The translations under genes were made by a program, and so were the position numbers. 64,000 bases of DNA. Source: a virus (lineage: Duplodnaviria > Caudoviricetes). The stretch lies in IMG/VR virus record IMGVR_UViG_2622736508_000001. One strand, 5' to 3'. This document shows, in pieces, positions 9,901 through 18,633 of this stretch; the stretch's first letter is position 1, and the number at the start of each line of letters is the position of its first letter. The notes under the pieces are model-generated. The model made no database searches and was not told where the DNA came from. It saw only the letters and a program-made list of their open reading frames with translations.

Positions 9901-10132
9901 CCGAATAGGTTTCGGTGTAGGATTTGGAGCTAAAGCCGCCGTAATAAATGATCAGCGGGCTTTTTAAAATTGTCCGACCAAGAATGACCGGTACCGGCGT
10001 CCCCACCGCCGCCGGCGACGCATTCAGGCTGTCCGGCTCGGACTCGGACGAGCTACTGCTTTTGTTGCTTTTATTGATCAGCCAGGATAGGAAAGTGGTT
10101 ACGCCCCAGCCGACATAAGGATTCATGGCCAT
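6962..10132 (-). CDS. Tail tip/hub protein (gpJ/GTA g15-like)
   Basis: 1056 aa. GTPVPVILGRTILKSPLIIYYG, YYLGYQL and PAYRP motifs; follows the DUF2163-like gene. Confidence 0.8.
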   Translation of the reverse strand: MAMNPYVGWGVTTFLSWLINKSNKSSSSSESEPDSLNASPAAVGTPVPVILGRTILKSPLIIYYGGFSSKSYTETYSAHASFSAWPLVLSLIANFIAAPATGHQASPATVAPGASVTTSGGSGRVTGTTTANGATYKDDLTGPLLNALFTWLLSWLINGRNLKTTIQKGFKYYLGYQLLACVSGEGMRLRGIYLNEQQVWAGDVFREDHLDEPFTISVDDDELFGGPDESGGFIGDIRLYLGGADQPADPWMIEQMSAESVQEELRGLTPAYRPFVSLVVPPAYIGKQASIPDTWLDLQWIPNRLGLGAIGDDANPMEAIYEMHVNAEWGLNRSPELLDTESMIAIGQRLKSEGIGLTVPITAKTEVRQIIDDICEHLDMVRYTDPETGKLTFKLIRDDYDSSSLPTFDETMCSSVEFTRTVWSNTNGSICVSYTDSAALYETSTVTVNDPANIQINEGHNNVQDLTFSYFTTAGNARWAAQRELKQQGFPLAAATLICNRKAAFVRNGDVIKLNWPPYGIKDLILRVTHVDLGDFISGEVKITTIEDVFGMGKSKFSPNDSTEWQPPQNYPTGVQLFKYFEAPWEFMQVDDSYVFALAAQPDLKTQKWTVHRYRDYTWQTTNSRTKWTPVGQLAGDYLETSDMEDVTGFEVIDLGGIEDLAARSLATGTPGFTAARNGARLLMIGNEIMGWGNLTQLANGRWRVQNIIRATYDTVPASHAAGAPVFFVDAGFYTNVTTGGAVIPAGYVTSESYNITTATAEAEEAFDQTKVTALTTVRRPERPTPPGRIRLTTHSKAQQAHIDQAAGNLTLSWALRNKRQSYGCTSQNDVSDFFSGLAINPPEGLQTVIRVYVGSQKIREVVLAVSITETSIDENGEETTTTRLIAEWDYPWATRCLDKLAFDVETRIEITARLNSLESYQLHQRTFSWKPPYVLDAVETEEAALNVIGAAWRDGSVIVVMPNEADNKQIPVEDAPLVILGTIYTEEQPGAVLCRSGWVVPNGKVLAVTGADSYEVIDLANGFVLLSYYVPEGQGGLSAWQYNGTSFDRITVPQQ

Positions 10133-10152
10133 TTTTTTTCACCTCTCACGTG

Positions 10153-11049
10153 TCAAGTGGAAATTGTGCCGACAAACCCGTCAGTATCGCGCTGCACGAC
10201 GGTATCGTCCACCCAGTACACACCCTTACCAATTTTGGTATTGGTATCGGTTGCCGGCGCAATGTAGGGACAGCCGGAGAAGTTCAGCGTGTTTTGATAG
10301 CGGAGCGCACAGGTGCGAAACAGCTGATCGCAGCCCGGGTAAATCATCACGTTATTCATCGGCGTTGTTGGAAAGGGATAGCGCAGTACCACCTTATCCT
10401 CTTTACTGCTGTCGATCATGCGCACATTGTCGCCGTAGTAGATCAGTCCGCCGGCAAAATAGTTTTCGGGATAAGCGCTAATCTGGCTGGCGGTTATTGT
10501 CAGTCCTTCAACCTTGTCAATATAGATGGACACACCCCAGTCCGCTTTGTTCAGCCGGCATTTCGTATCATAGATGGTGTTATTACAAAAAAACTGCCGC
10601 ATCATGTTCGGCAGTTTTTTTGTCAGCCAGTTTTCCACTTTTACGGTCAGTTCGCATTCCGAATCCTTAAAATTGCTTTGTATAACCTCACCGACGAATA
10701 TCTTGTCAAAAGCGCTGTGATTCTGGTCGTGCAGCCGGTAAATAACAAGCGTTACCGGTTTATCCGGCGGCGCGCCCTGGAACAGCTTGGCAACAGCATT
10801 GTCTTTACTGACAGTAACCATTAAGCTGACAGGATCTCCCTGGCCTTGCGATTCAATATTATTCCTTTTGATATAGTCGGCGGCATATTTTTCGGTGCGG
10901 ATAGTGCCGCCGCTTTGGATTGTCAGCTGCACATCAAACCGGTTGGAGGTATACAGATAGGTTGTGTCTTTATGCTGGAACCGGTAGCACTCCATCGGCT
11001 GACCGTCCTGCAGTGAGTTCTCATAAAGGGATATATTACTGTTGGCCAT
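10153..11049 (-). CDS. DUF2163/BR0599-type tail tip (hub) protein
   Basis: CNNTIYDTKC and C-terminal GCDQLFRTC..RYQNTLNFSGCPYI cysteine motifs. Confidence 0.8.
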   Translation of the reverse strand: MANSNISLYENSLQDGQPMECYRFQHKDTTYLYTSNRFDVQLTIQSGGTIRTEKYAADYIKRNNIESQGQGDPVSLMVTVSKDNAVAKLFQGAPPDKPVTLVIYRLHDQNHSAFDKIFVGEVIQSNFKDSECELTVKVENWLTKKLPNMMRQFFCNNTIYDTKCRLNKADWGVSIYIDKVEGLTITASQISAYPENYFAGGLIYYGDNVRMIDSSKEDKVVLRYPFPTTPMNNVMIYPGCDQLFRTCALRYQNTLNFSGCPYIAPATDTNTKIGKGVYWVDDTVVQRDTDGFVGTIST

Positions 11050-12269
11050 TAGGCATTCACCTCCGCAAGCGAAAAAGTTGTGGACGCAAGATCCACGGCG
11101 TCATAATTTGTAGTCATACTGTCACTGTCATGCCGGTACCGGCACAAAAACGAAATCATGGCAACATCGGCTTTCCTGACCATGCGCTTCAGATTATTGT
11201 CCAGCACAACTTTACCCAGCTCGCCGTCGTCACTTGTAGTAAACCCGGCGATGGTCAAAATAAGGGTTGTCTGGTTTTTCATGAACAGAACAATGGTCCG
11301 GCGGCGCGTCAGTCCCGCGTAATATTTCCAGAACATGCTCCACTCGACGAGCAGATAGCCCTGCCCGGCTGTCGCATCTTCGGCCAGCACCATATCAGAC
11401 AGCCAGGTGGGGGCATAAAAGCTTTTCAGACGTCCTTTGCAGCGGCAAAAAAACCGCTGCAGATTATAGACCTCCGAGCGGCTAAAGCCGAGGTATTCGA
11501 TTTCCTTGGTTTCTGACGTATAGGGTCCCTTCAGGTCATATTGGGACACGCCGGACTGGTTATCCAGCTTATTGGCGTTGCGCGCAAAGCTGGCCGCAAT
11601 ATCGCCGGTCCAGGACGGGCCAATTCGAAAAAGCTCCACGCCCAAATATTGGTCCGGCAGCGCATCCTGCCAGGGATTTTTCGTCTGCCAAGCCTCTTCA
11701 TGGAATTCATCCAGCGCTTCGGGTATCGGCATGGTCGATTCATTGGTCATGAGTTCCAGGTTAAACTGCATGCTCATGGCCTCCGAGCTGTACAGGCTGT
11801 ATTGATCCTCCTGTTGGAGTACGGCATAGGCCACCGGGTAGACGGTTGTCCTCGCCCGCAAGTAAACACTTTCAATTTGCTCATTCAATTTGAGCGTCCC
11901 GTCGCCCAGCAGTTGTTGCAGCACATAGCGGTCGCCGCCGATCTGATCGTTAAACCATAAAATAGCGCCCCGGCAGCCCCGGTACGGCCAGAGATACGCC
12001 GGCTTTAAATTGACTTGCGTCTGGCCCAGATAGGTGGATTCCGGCAAAGGGCAGCCGGCATGCCATAAAGGAATTTCGATTTGTTCGGTTTGACGGGCGT
12101 ATAAAAGTGCCCGGAGATATTGGCTTTGACTGGAATTCGTGCCGATATAATCATAGGACAAAAACCGGCGCGGATATGTCCGGAGCGCCAGGCGCTGCTC
12201 GGTGTTGTTCCAGCTGGTATGGATCTGAGTTAGAAATTCCAGGGTTTCGGTTATCTTTTCATTGGCCAT
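11049..12269 (-). CDS. Distal tail protein-like (YuA/GTA-type)
   Basis: EQRLALRTYPRRFLSY and FFCRCKGRLKSFYAPTW motifs. Start re-called at ATG 12269. Confidence 0.7.
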   Translation of the reverse strand: MANEKITETLEFLTQIHTSWNNTEQRLALRTYPRRFLSYDYIGTNSSQSQYLRALLYARQTEQIEIPLWHAGCPLPESTYLGQTQVNLKPAYLWPYRGCRGAILWFNDQIGGDRYVLQQLLGDGTLKLNEQIESVYLRARTTVYPVAYAVLQQEDQYSLYSSEAMSMQFNLELMTNESTMPIPEALDEFHEEAWQTKNPWQDALPDQYLGVELFRIGPSWTGDIAASFARNANKLDNQSGVSQYDLKGPYTSETKEIEYLGFSRSEVYNLQRFFCRCKGRLKSFYAPTWLSDMVLAEDATAGQGYLLVEWSMFWKYYAGLTRRRTIVLFMKNQTTLILTIAGFTTSDDGELGKVVLDNNLKRMVRKADVAMISFLCRYRHDSDSMTTNYDAVDLASTTFSLAEVNA

Positions 12270-12273
12270 ATCA

Positions 12274-13155
12274 TCACCCCCACCACGGCGACAGGTCGAA
12301 TATTCGGTCGCGCCTGCCGGCATTCGGCCGCATAAATAGCCACCTAAAAATCTCCCACAGCATCCATGGTTCGTACACAATTTTTGAATTTAAAGGCGAT
12401 AATAGCCGGGAGGCAAACAGCCGGATCATCAGAAAGGTCATGGCCCTTGTATATCCGGCGTGCATGATTTCGCTGCGCTTGCCGTTAAAGGACGAGCTCC
12501 CCGGGTAAAGATGCACTGGATAGTAGTTGCCAAAATTGATGCCGTTGGTTCGCGCAAGCAAGATGTCCTCAGGATAGTTTTCATGCGCCTGGCCCTGGGA
12601 CATGTCTGCCGCTCCGGTCTGGAAATTGCGGTCATCGTAAATGCTCAGAAAATCAAAAACGGCGTGCTGAACGCCGCGCAGGAAATCGATGTCCATATTG
12701 TCATACTGCTGGACAGCCCCGTTGCGCATCGCATCGAGGCGGGTCCCGACCAAAAATGCTTCATTGGCTTTTCTGCCCTGCGGATAGATGTAAAACTGGT
12801 TGCTTTCCAGGATCGTCCAGGATATGCCGAGATCTGATAACGTTTCGGCCTGGTATTGGGTTTTTTCTTCCTCGGCGGTGGTAACGGTAAACAGCTTGGT
12901 CGTTAAGTCCCATTCATAAATCCAGCCCGGCTGCAGCTCTGCGTAGCGGATAATTTCATTATCGCCCCAGGCAATGCCCAGCGTTTCCATGACCGCCCAG
13001 GTTAACACGCCGCCCCAAAAAGCGAAAGGGACCGCATTTAACATCCTCAGTCTGATCGGGTAAAGCGGCCGCCCCCGTCCGGCCAGGCTGCGGTTGTCTA
13101 TGGTAAACCCGATGAACGGGTAATACATTTGTCCGTTTCTTACAATGCCGGCCAC
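12274..13155 (-). CDS. Minor tail protein
   Basis: GTG start with AAGGAGG RBS; lies within the tail operon. Confidence 0.6.
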   Translation of the reverse strand: MAGIVRNGQMYYPFIGFTIDNRSLAGRGRPLYPIRLRMLNAVPFAFWGGVLTWAVMETLGIAWGDNEIIRYAELQPGWIYEWDLTTKLFTVTTAEEEKTQYQAETLSDLGISWTILESNQFYIYPQGRKANEAFLVGTRLDAMRNGAVQQYDNMDIDFLRGVQHAVFDFLSIYDDRNFQTGAADMSQGQAHENYPEDILLARTNGINFGNYYPVHLYPGSSSFNGKRSEIMHAGYTRAMTFLMIRLFASRLLSPLNSKIVYEPWMLWEIFRWLFMRPNAGRRDRIFDLSPWWG

Positions 13156-13191
13156 CGGCGCGCCCTCCTTTCCCTGCCATTACTGCAATAG

Positions 13192-14265
13192 TTACTGCAG
13201 TATAGCAATCCCGTCATAGCCCATAATACCGCCGCGGCGGGTTTGAGGAAAAGCTTGGTATTGGGTATCCGAGGTTGGATAGTTTACTTTATATACTTGT
13301 GCCGGGGCTATGTTGCGGGTGGAGATGAAATATATCCCCGGCACATAACCGCACTGGCTGAAGTTCATCAACGCGTCCGGATCCCGCTGCACGTAAATGG
13401 CCAGCGGCAAATTGACGCTGATGCAGTTTAAGGTGTTGACGTTGCGGCCGGTATCGGTGGCATTTTGCGATTGCAGATAGCCGTAATGCGGCACTTTTGG
13501 CAGCCAGCCCTCCGTCAGGCAGTTTAAGTTCATGGTCGGCAGCGCCAGCATTTTGCCGGTCCAGCCGTTAGACGCCCCGCCAGCGTTTTGTCCGCCGCTT
13601 GCCCAAAGTACTTCGGGCAGGCGCAGCGGCGCGGCGTCGATGTCGCAGCGCAGGAACGTGCTGGCCTGCAGGCTCAGGCCAAATAAGTGATTGCTGCCGG
13701 TCTCTAAGGCGGCCTGGGAAAACCCGGTAAACATATTGCTGCTGTTCCGGCTGGCGCTGTAGAGAGTACCGCCGGTCCAGGAGCCAATTTTTTCGGCTTC
13801 TCCGAACGCCATGTGCTGAAATACGCCGGGTATTACTTCCAGTGAGATAAAGATCATTTCCGCGCCCTGGCTGACATGGTTAAAGTAAACGGTTTGCTCG
13901 ACACCGTTTTGCACCGGGATGCCGACGCCGATGGTTTCCTGGCTGACGGCTTTGGTAACGCCGGGCTGGTCATACCAAAGTCCACTGGCCGGATGCTCGG
14001 TGAAGCCGGCGGCGCAGGTCAGGCCGAGGCCGGTACCGCTGCCGCCACTGGGGAAAATCCTGCCGCCATCAACGCTGCGCAGGCTGGCAAAGGTGGTCAG
14101 GGACGGGCTTTGCAGCACCAGGCGCTTGCCGTCGATGTCACCGGAGTTGTCCAGCGCTAAATCATCAATTTCGACCAGTACCGTCCAGCCGCAGCCCTCG
14201 GCATATTCCCGCAGTTTTAACAGTAAGTCCGTCGGGCCGGTTGTGGTCATTTTCGTATAGGCCAT
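13192..14265 (-). CDS. Virion structural protein (paralogue)
   Basis: Starts MAYTKMTTTGPTDLL; C-terminal GYVPGIYFI motif. Start re-called at 14265. Confidence 0.65.
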   Translation of the reverse strand: MAYTKMTTTGPTDLLLKLREYAEGCGWTVLVEIDDLALDNSGDIDGKRLVLQSPSLTTFASLRSVDGGRIFPSGGSGTGLGLTCAAGFTEHPASGLWYDQPGVTKAVSQETIGVGIPVQNGVEQTVYFNHVSQGAEMIFISLEVIPGVFQHMAFGEAEKIGSWTGGTLYSASRNSSNMFTGFSQAALETGSNHLFGLSLQASTFLRCDIDAAPLRLPEVLWASGGQNAGGASNGWTGKMLALPTMNLNCLTEGWLPKVPHYGYLQSQNATDTGRNVNTLNCISVNLPLAIYVQRDPDALMNFSQCGYVPGIYFISTRNIAPAQVYKVNYPTSDTQYQAFPQTRRGGIMGYDGIAILQ

Positions 14266-14266
14266 G

Positions 14267-15718
14267 TTAATCCTCCAATCTGATGACACAGTTCATTTGT
14301 TGGGTCTTACCGGTAATTTCATCTTCCAGGGCCTGCAGCTCATCCGGCAAGTATTCGCCAAACAGTCCGGTGCGGTAAAACCAGCGCCGGTCCTCCCAGC
14401 CGTTGGGCAGGATAAGGTGGCGCTTGCCGTTCAGCGTCTGTTCGCCATACACACTGACCGGTATGCTGGACCAGGACAGTGTCGGCAGATAGCCCAGCAT
14501 GTTTTTTCGCGGCCCGTCATCCTGCACCAGTTTTAACGATTCCAGCTGATAGGTCAGCTCATCGGAAAGCCATTTTCCCTGGTGGTAGATATGCCGGGTG
14601 CCGCGCAAGTCGTCGCAATAGGTTGGCAGCAGGTAATGACGGGTGTTTTCGCTTTTTTCGGGACGGTCAACCAGAAATACCGGTACTTCCGTATTTTGCC
14701 GGAGATAAGGATACATCCCCTGCACCTGGTTGGCAAAGTATTGCCAGGTTCCATCCGGCAGACAGAGAACAATTTGCGAAAAGCTGTTTTTTACATCCTC
14801 GGCCATGGTCGGAAAGGTCGGTACACCCCGGGTAAGCATCCAGTGGTGCCGGCCATAATCGATTTGTAGATCAACTAGGGGTGTTCCTTTTGTGCTGAAG
14901 GTATAATCCATGCGCCCGACCGACCTAGCGCCGCAGCTGCTGCCGGCGACCACCGCCGGAAAAGGATACTGCATTTTTGCCTGATAGGGTATGAGCATGC
15001 CAACCTGCGCCACATCCCAGTATTCGGCGGTTTCGCCCATGTTGCGGGTAATGACGGTAAGGTTGCCGGCGTCTTTTTTTAACCAGAATTCCATGGTTGT
15101 TCTTTCAATTTCGGCTTCGTTCATTCCGATGCCGGGATAACCGGTGCCGGGATAGAGCGGCAGCCGGAAGGTAAATGGCGTTGGGCTGGCTGAAGTCCCA
15201 AGGACTCTGCGGGTTCCAATGCCGTTTTTTAGCCCGGTTTGAGTTACGTCAATGTTCAGTCCGCCAGGCTGCTCGTCCCAGTCCAGGCCATCACTATATT
15301 GTTTAAAAACGCCAAAAACCAAAGCCTTAAAGTTGGCGGCAAAGATGTTAACATCCGCAAAAGCGTATAGAATATCCTGCGTTCCCTGCTGAACTACAAC
15401 GCCGGCTCCCATTGCCCCAAAGGATAGGCCCGGCCGGTTAATGCCAAGCGGGGACCAAACAAAGTACCGCGCGATATTCTCCGGCTTAATATACCAGTTT
15501 TTATAGGTTCCATCTTCAATATTGAGCGCCATCAGGCCAATATAGATGCTATCCTGCTGCTCAAGCCCCCTTGCTTTAAAGATGGTCCCTCTCGGCCAGG
15601 GTTCGCTGCGCATGAGCTCCCAGGCATCTTCACCGTGGATGCCCTCATCGGTGACAAAGGCGACAATTTGGTTAATCAGGTCTTCATAGCTTGCGGCCCG
15701 GCCTTTTGTGTATGGCAT
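14267..15718 (-). CDS. Virion structural protein (paralogue)
   Basis: Starts MPYTKGRAASYEDLI; QAKMQYPFPAVVAGS and LGYLP motifs. Confidence 0.65.
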   Translation of the reverse strand: MPYTKGRAASYEDLINQIVAFVTDEGIHGEDAWELMRSEPWPRGTIFKARGLEQQDSIYIGLMALNIEDGTYKNWYIKPENIARYFVWSPLGINRPGLSFGAMGAGVVVQQGTQDILYAFADVNIFAANFKALVFGVFKQYSDGLDWDEQPGGLNIDVTQTGLKNGIGTRRVLGTSASPTPFTFRLPLYPGTGYPGIGMNEAEIERTTMEFWLKKDAGNLTVITRNMGETAEYWDVAQVGMLIPYQAKMQYPFPAVVAGSSCGARSVGRMDYTFSTKGTPLVDLQIDYGRHHWMLTRGVPTFPTMAEDVKNSFSQIVLCLPDGTWQYFANQVQGMYPYLRQNTEVPVFLVDRPEKSENTRHYLLPTYCDDLRGTRHIYHQGKWLSDELTYQLESLKLVQDDGPRKNMLGYLPTLSWSSIPVSVYGEQTLNGKRHLILPNGWEDRRWFYRTGLFGEYLPDELQALEDEITGKTQQMNCVIRLED

Positions 15719-15732
15719 AGGTTAATCGCCTC

Positions 15733-16650
15733 CTATACCCATTCAACGGCGAAATACTGGTCATTGTCCCGGCGCTGAACGTTGTTAAAGATTTTGTAAA
15801 TCTTGCCGCCATAGGAAATGCTGTCTTTAGTGGCCAGATCCTCCCGGTTGCCTACCCAGTAAATGCCGTCAAGCTGGCCAATGGTTCCGACCGGTAGCGA
15901 TTCGTACAAGAGGAATGGGTACATAATCACGTTCTCTAGAGTAAGGACAGGGTCGTAGATGGTGACGGCCCGGACCGGCGCGACGTTGGTCGGCCAGACG
16001 CACAGGGGAGACAGTGGGGCGAGATTGTTGCCGTTATAGTTCAGCCCCACCCGCCAGTCGCCGTCCGGACGCCGGATACGCAGTGAGGTTGCCGATGCAC
16101 TGCCACCGGGATTGGCGAAATAACTATGCTCCCAGGTTGTGCTGGTCCAGGCAATCCCCTCATAGGCTGATCCCCCGATTACCAGCGGATAGGGATATTG
16201 CCGCTCGATCGCGACTGGATTCATTAGGCCAATATAGGCGGATTCATACTGGGTGCTGAGTTCGACCACGATAATGATTCGTTTGGTTGTGGCGCTCACC
16301 CAGTAGGTCATGAATGTGTCTCTAACCAAAGGGATAGTCGGCAATGTGGCGTGACTGATACCGCCGGGCTGCTCGCGCCAGGTAAGGCCGGCATCGTAGC
16401 CGGCATAGCCGTTTAGGACAATGTCAATCTGATCAACACCCCTCGATGCCAGCTGAAAGCCAAGGTAAATATCGTCCTGGCCGTCGCCGATGCCTTTGAG
16501 GATGCATTCCGTACTGATGTCATCGACTGTTGCCGGCTCGACCAGTTTCCATTCGTTGCCCGCGCCAAAATTGGTGGAATCGGTTAAAAAATAAATGACA
16601 CCGCGCAGCAGGTCGGGGACGCTGTTAGCAGTGCCGATGTATGTGGCCAT
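15733..16650 (-). CDS. Virion structural protein (paralogue; YuA-like)
   Basis: Starts MATYIGTANSVPDLL (GGAGGTG RBS); RQYPYPLVIGGS and GQLDGIYWV motifs. Confidence 0.7.
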   Translation of the reverse strand: MATYIGTANSVPDLLRGVIYFLTDSTNFGAGNEWKLVEPATVDDISTECILKGIGDGQDDIYLGFQLASRGVDQIDIVLNGYAGYDAGLTWREQPGGISHATLPTIPLVRDTFMTYWVSATTKRIIIVVELSTQYESAYIGLMNPVAIERQYPYPLVIGGSAYEGIAWTSTTWEHSYFANPGGSASATSLRIRRPDGDWRVGLNYNGNNLAPLSPLCVWPTNVAPVRAVTIYDPVLTLENVIMYPFLLYESLPVGTIGQLDGIYWVGNREDLATKDSISYGGKIYKIFNNVQRRDNDQYFAVEWV

Positions 16651-16673
16651 ATGTTCACCTCCGGTGATTTTGT

Positions 16674-16704
16674 ACAGGGAATTATTGGTTATTGTCGAAT
16701 TTTC
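16674..16704 (+). promoter_or_regulatory. Sigma-H-type promoter, copy 1 of a 31-bp element
   Basis: ACAGGG-AATTATTGGTTATTGTC(17)-GAATTTTC; 30/31 identical to 60198-60228. Confidence 0.65.
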
Positions 16705-16726
16705 ACCTCGAAGGGAGGTGACGATT

Positions 16727-17218
16727 ATGAGTAAAGGCGACGAAGAATTAAAAAACGACTTGGGTGAAACGCAGGATAAGCTGGAAAAATTCTTACGTTC
16801 AAACAATTTAGTAAAACAACCTCAGATGTATCCTGAACTTTCATTCTTACTTCCTAATGTCACTAAATCATTACTAAAGCCAAAGAAAAATGAATCAAAT
16901 TTCTCTGAAAGGCTCTGGGGAGAACTGCAGTTTCAAATTGCCACAATTGCTCAACAACCAGAATGGCCTGAATTAGTAGCATCCGCACAACAAAAAACAG
17001 ACATAAATATTGAAACATTAATAATTAATGTCAATTTGCAGGTCGAGGGCTCAGATAGAAGCAAATCAAATTCTGGTTTGTCACTTAACAATCAGATTGG
17101 TCTTGCTAGCCTGTTTATAGCGTTATATCCACATATAGTTAATGAAGATACTCGCACTATTGTCGTCTCGATTTTAAATATATTGCATACTATATTTGCG
17201 CAACTTTTACAGCCATAA
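16727..17218 (+). CDS. Antisense accessory (moron) protein with a hydrophobic C-terminus
   Basis: ATG 16727 with GGGAGGTG RBS; 163 aa; AT-rich; runs opposite to the late operon. Confidence 0.7.
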   Translation: MSKGDEELKNDLGETQDKLEKFLRSNNLVKQPQMYPELSFLLPNVTKSLLKPKKNESNFSERLWGELQFQIATIAQQPEWPELVASAQQKTDINIETLIINVNLQVEGSDRSKSNSGLSLNNQIGLASLFIALYPHIVNEDTRTIVVSILNILHTIFAQLLQP

Positions 17219-17230
17219 CGCTATGTCAGG

Positions 17231-17389
17231 CTATTCCTTTTTAACAGTGATCTGAACTCCTTTAAGGGTGATTTGAATACCATTGGCGGCAGCCTTATTC
17301 CCAGCAATAAACCAGCGGATTAACACAACTAGCGCCGCTATATTAATTGTGAAAAGTAAGATTCTATTTAATACATCCAAGGTTTCCAA
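17231..17389 (-). CDS. 52-aa single-TM peptide
   Basis: Manual translation from TTG: METLDVLNRILLFTINIAALVVLIRWFIAGNKAAANGIQITLKGVQITVKKE. RBS GGGGAGGG. Confidence 0.55.
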   Translation of the reverse strand: METLDVLNRILLFTINIAALVVLIRWFIAGNKAAANGIQITLKGVQITVKKE

Positions 17390-17394
17390 GCTCT

Positions 17395-17592
17395 TCACCC
17401 CTCCCCTTTAAATAGTGCATCCAATTCGCTAAAGGTCATTCCTTTAAAAAAACTCTTTATCTCAAGTCTTATTTGCTCTTGCCGTTCCTCAAGTTGCCGC
17501 TTGTGGCCGGCATTTTCTTTTTCCAGCGCCGCAATCCGCAGCTCCAGGGCAGCCAACGTTTCGGGTAATTTTGCAACGTCATTAAATGTCAT
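17395..17592 (-). CDS. 65-aa coiled-coil hypothetical protein
   Basis: AAGGGAGG RBS; heptad pattern. Confidence 0.6.
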   Translation of the reverse strand: MTFNDVAKLPETLAALELRIAALEKENAGHKRQLEERQEQIRLEIKSFFKGMTFSELDALFKGEG

Positions 17593-17620
17593 AAGGTTGT
17601 CCTCCCTTATTTTTTGGCGT

Positions 17621-17646
17621 AAGAAAAGCCGCCCGGTCAGGCGGCT
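17621..17646 (-). terminator. Rho-independent terminator
   Basis: AGCCGCC-TGACCG-GGCGGCT followed by TTTCTT. Confidence 0.8.
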
Positions 17647-17663
17647 CTCGTCACGTTATAGCT

Positions 17664-18008
17664 TTAATTTTTTATCTTATGAATAGGAGTGATGGGTTTG
17701 AATCTATCAGCATACCCTTTTTCTGGAGAATAATTATGTACCCGAACCAATCTAAAGGTATTCCCATATTCCCGGTTTACAGCTTTTTGATATTTTGACG
17801 ATACTATCAATCTACGACCAGGAATGTGGTCATAACTGTCAGGGACACCGTTTCTTACACGTAGATGGTTCTCCGGTTCACATGGCCCCAAATCAATTTT
17901 CCTTATCCCAATGGTCTCCCCTGTTGTATAATTCCGCAAGACAGGCTGTCTGGTGTTAATGGTATGGTTACAACAATTTACGAAAGTTTCTCCGCCAACA
18001 ACAATCAT
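17664..18008 (-). CDS. Accessory hypothetical protein (moron)
   Basis: 114 aa, AGGAGGG RBS, with its own promoter and terminator. Confidence 0.65.
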   Translation of the reverse strand: MIVVGGETFVNCCNHTINTRQPVLRNYTTGETIGIRKIDLGPCEPENHLRVRNGVPDSYDHIPGRRLIVSSKYQKAVNREYGNTFRLVRVHNYSPEKGYADRFKPITPIHKIKN

Positions 18009-18051
18009 GAATACGCCCTCCTTTTGTTCGTTGAGATTAGAGATGTGAAAT

Positions 18052-18081
18052 AGTATATCACCACTCTCTCCCCAAACGCAA
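18052..18081 (-). promoter_or_regulatory. Sigma-A promoter with extended -10
   Basis: TTGCGT-18-TATACT with TGn extension. Confidence 0.55.
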
Positions 18082-18093
18082 GTTTTTAGACGC

Positions 18094-18591
18094 TTATTTC
18101 TCCGTATTGATTACTTCTTTCCATTCGGCGAGAACCGCATCGGGAAGGACTAAAACAGTTGATGTGCCATCTGTTTTTCTGAATTTAAGCGCTACACGCT
18201 GAGCGGTTTCGATTGATTTAATTTGTTCCGAACTTACTGTGATAGTGAGGCTGAGATGTGATAACCCGCTACTTAATGCAGGTCTTGATGATACTGCTCC
18301 AACTTGGAGTTGACTAACAGGTTTATCATCAATTTTTATTTCTCCGCTTTTCTCAGAAAACTTCACGTACTTAAGTTCTTTTTCCGAAAACAAAATTTCA
18401 TATTTTGTTACTTCCCCATCGCTTATCTTCCGTAAACCAATCCATTGTTGATTGTCAAGGAAATTGCCACTCGTTCGCCATTTTCCATCAGTAAACTGAT
18501 CTCTGCCTTCCCTGATCTCTGCATAAACAATACTTATCCCCAACAACATAACCAAACTCAAAACGAGCGCGATTTTCTTCAAATTCATCAC
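18094..18591 (-). CDS. Secreted/periplasmic accessory protein (moron)
   Basis: Sec signal peptide MMNLKKIALVLSLVMLLGISIVYA followed by a beta-rich domain; AT-rich. Confidence 0.7.
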   Translation of the reverse strand: MMNLKKIALVLSLVMLLGISIVYAEIREGRDQFTDGKWRTSGNFLDNQQWIGLRKISDGEVTKYEILFSEKELKYVKFSEKSGEIKIDDKPVSQLQVGAVSSRPALSSGLSHLSLTITVSSEQIKSIETAQRVALKFRKTDGTSTVLVLPDAVLAEWKEVINTEK

Positions 18592-18603
18592 CCTTTTTGA
18601 GTT

Positions 18604-18633
18604 AATATACCATTATTTGCCGGTTTTCGTCAA
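18604..18633 (-). promoter_or_regulatory. Sigma-A promoter abutting the TMP stop codon
   Basis: TTGACG-18-TATATT. Confidence 0.6.

Noticed and set aside
7223-14835. Long plus-strand ORFs opposite the tail genes (e.g. 7223-8137, 10150-10824, 10920-11516)
   Set aside because: Shadow ORFs of GC-rich coding sequence; no RBS or recognisable motifs.
16651-16806. N-terminal extension of the 15733-16806 ORF and upstream start of 16595-17218
   Set aside because: RBS-supported starts are at 16650 (-) and 16727 (+); the extensions would overlap each other and the promoter.
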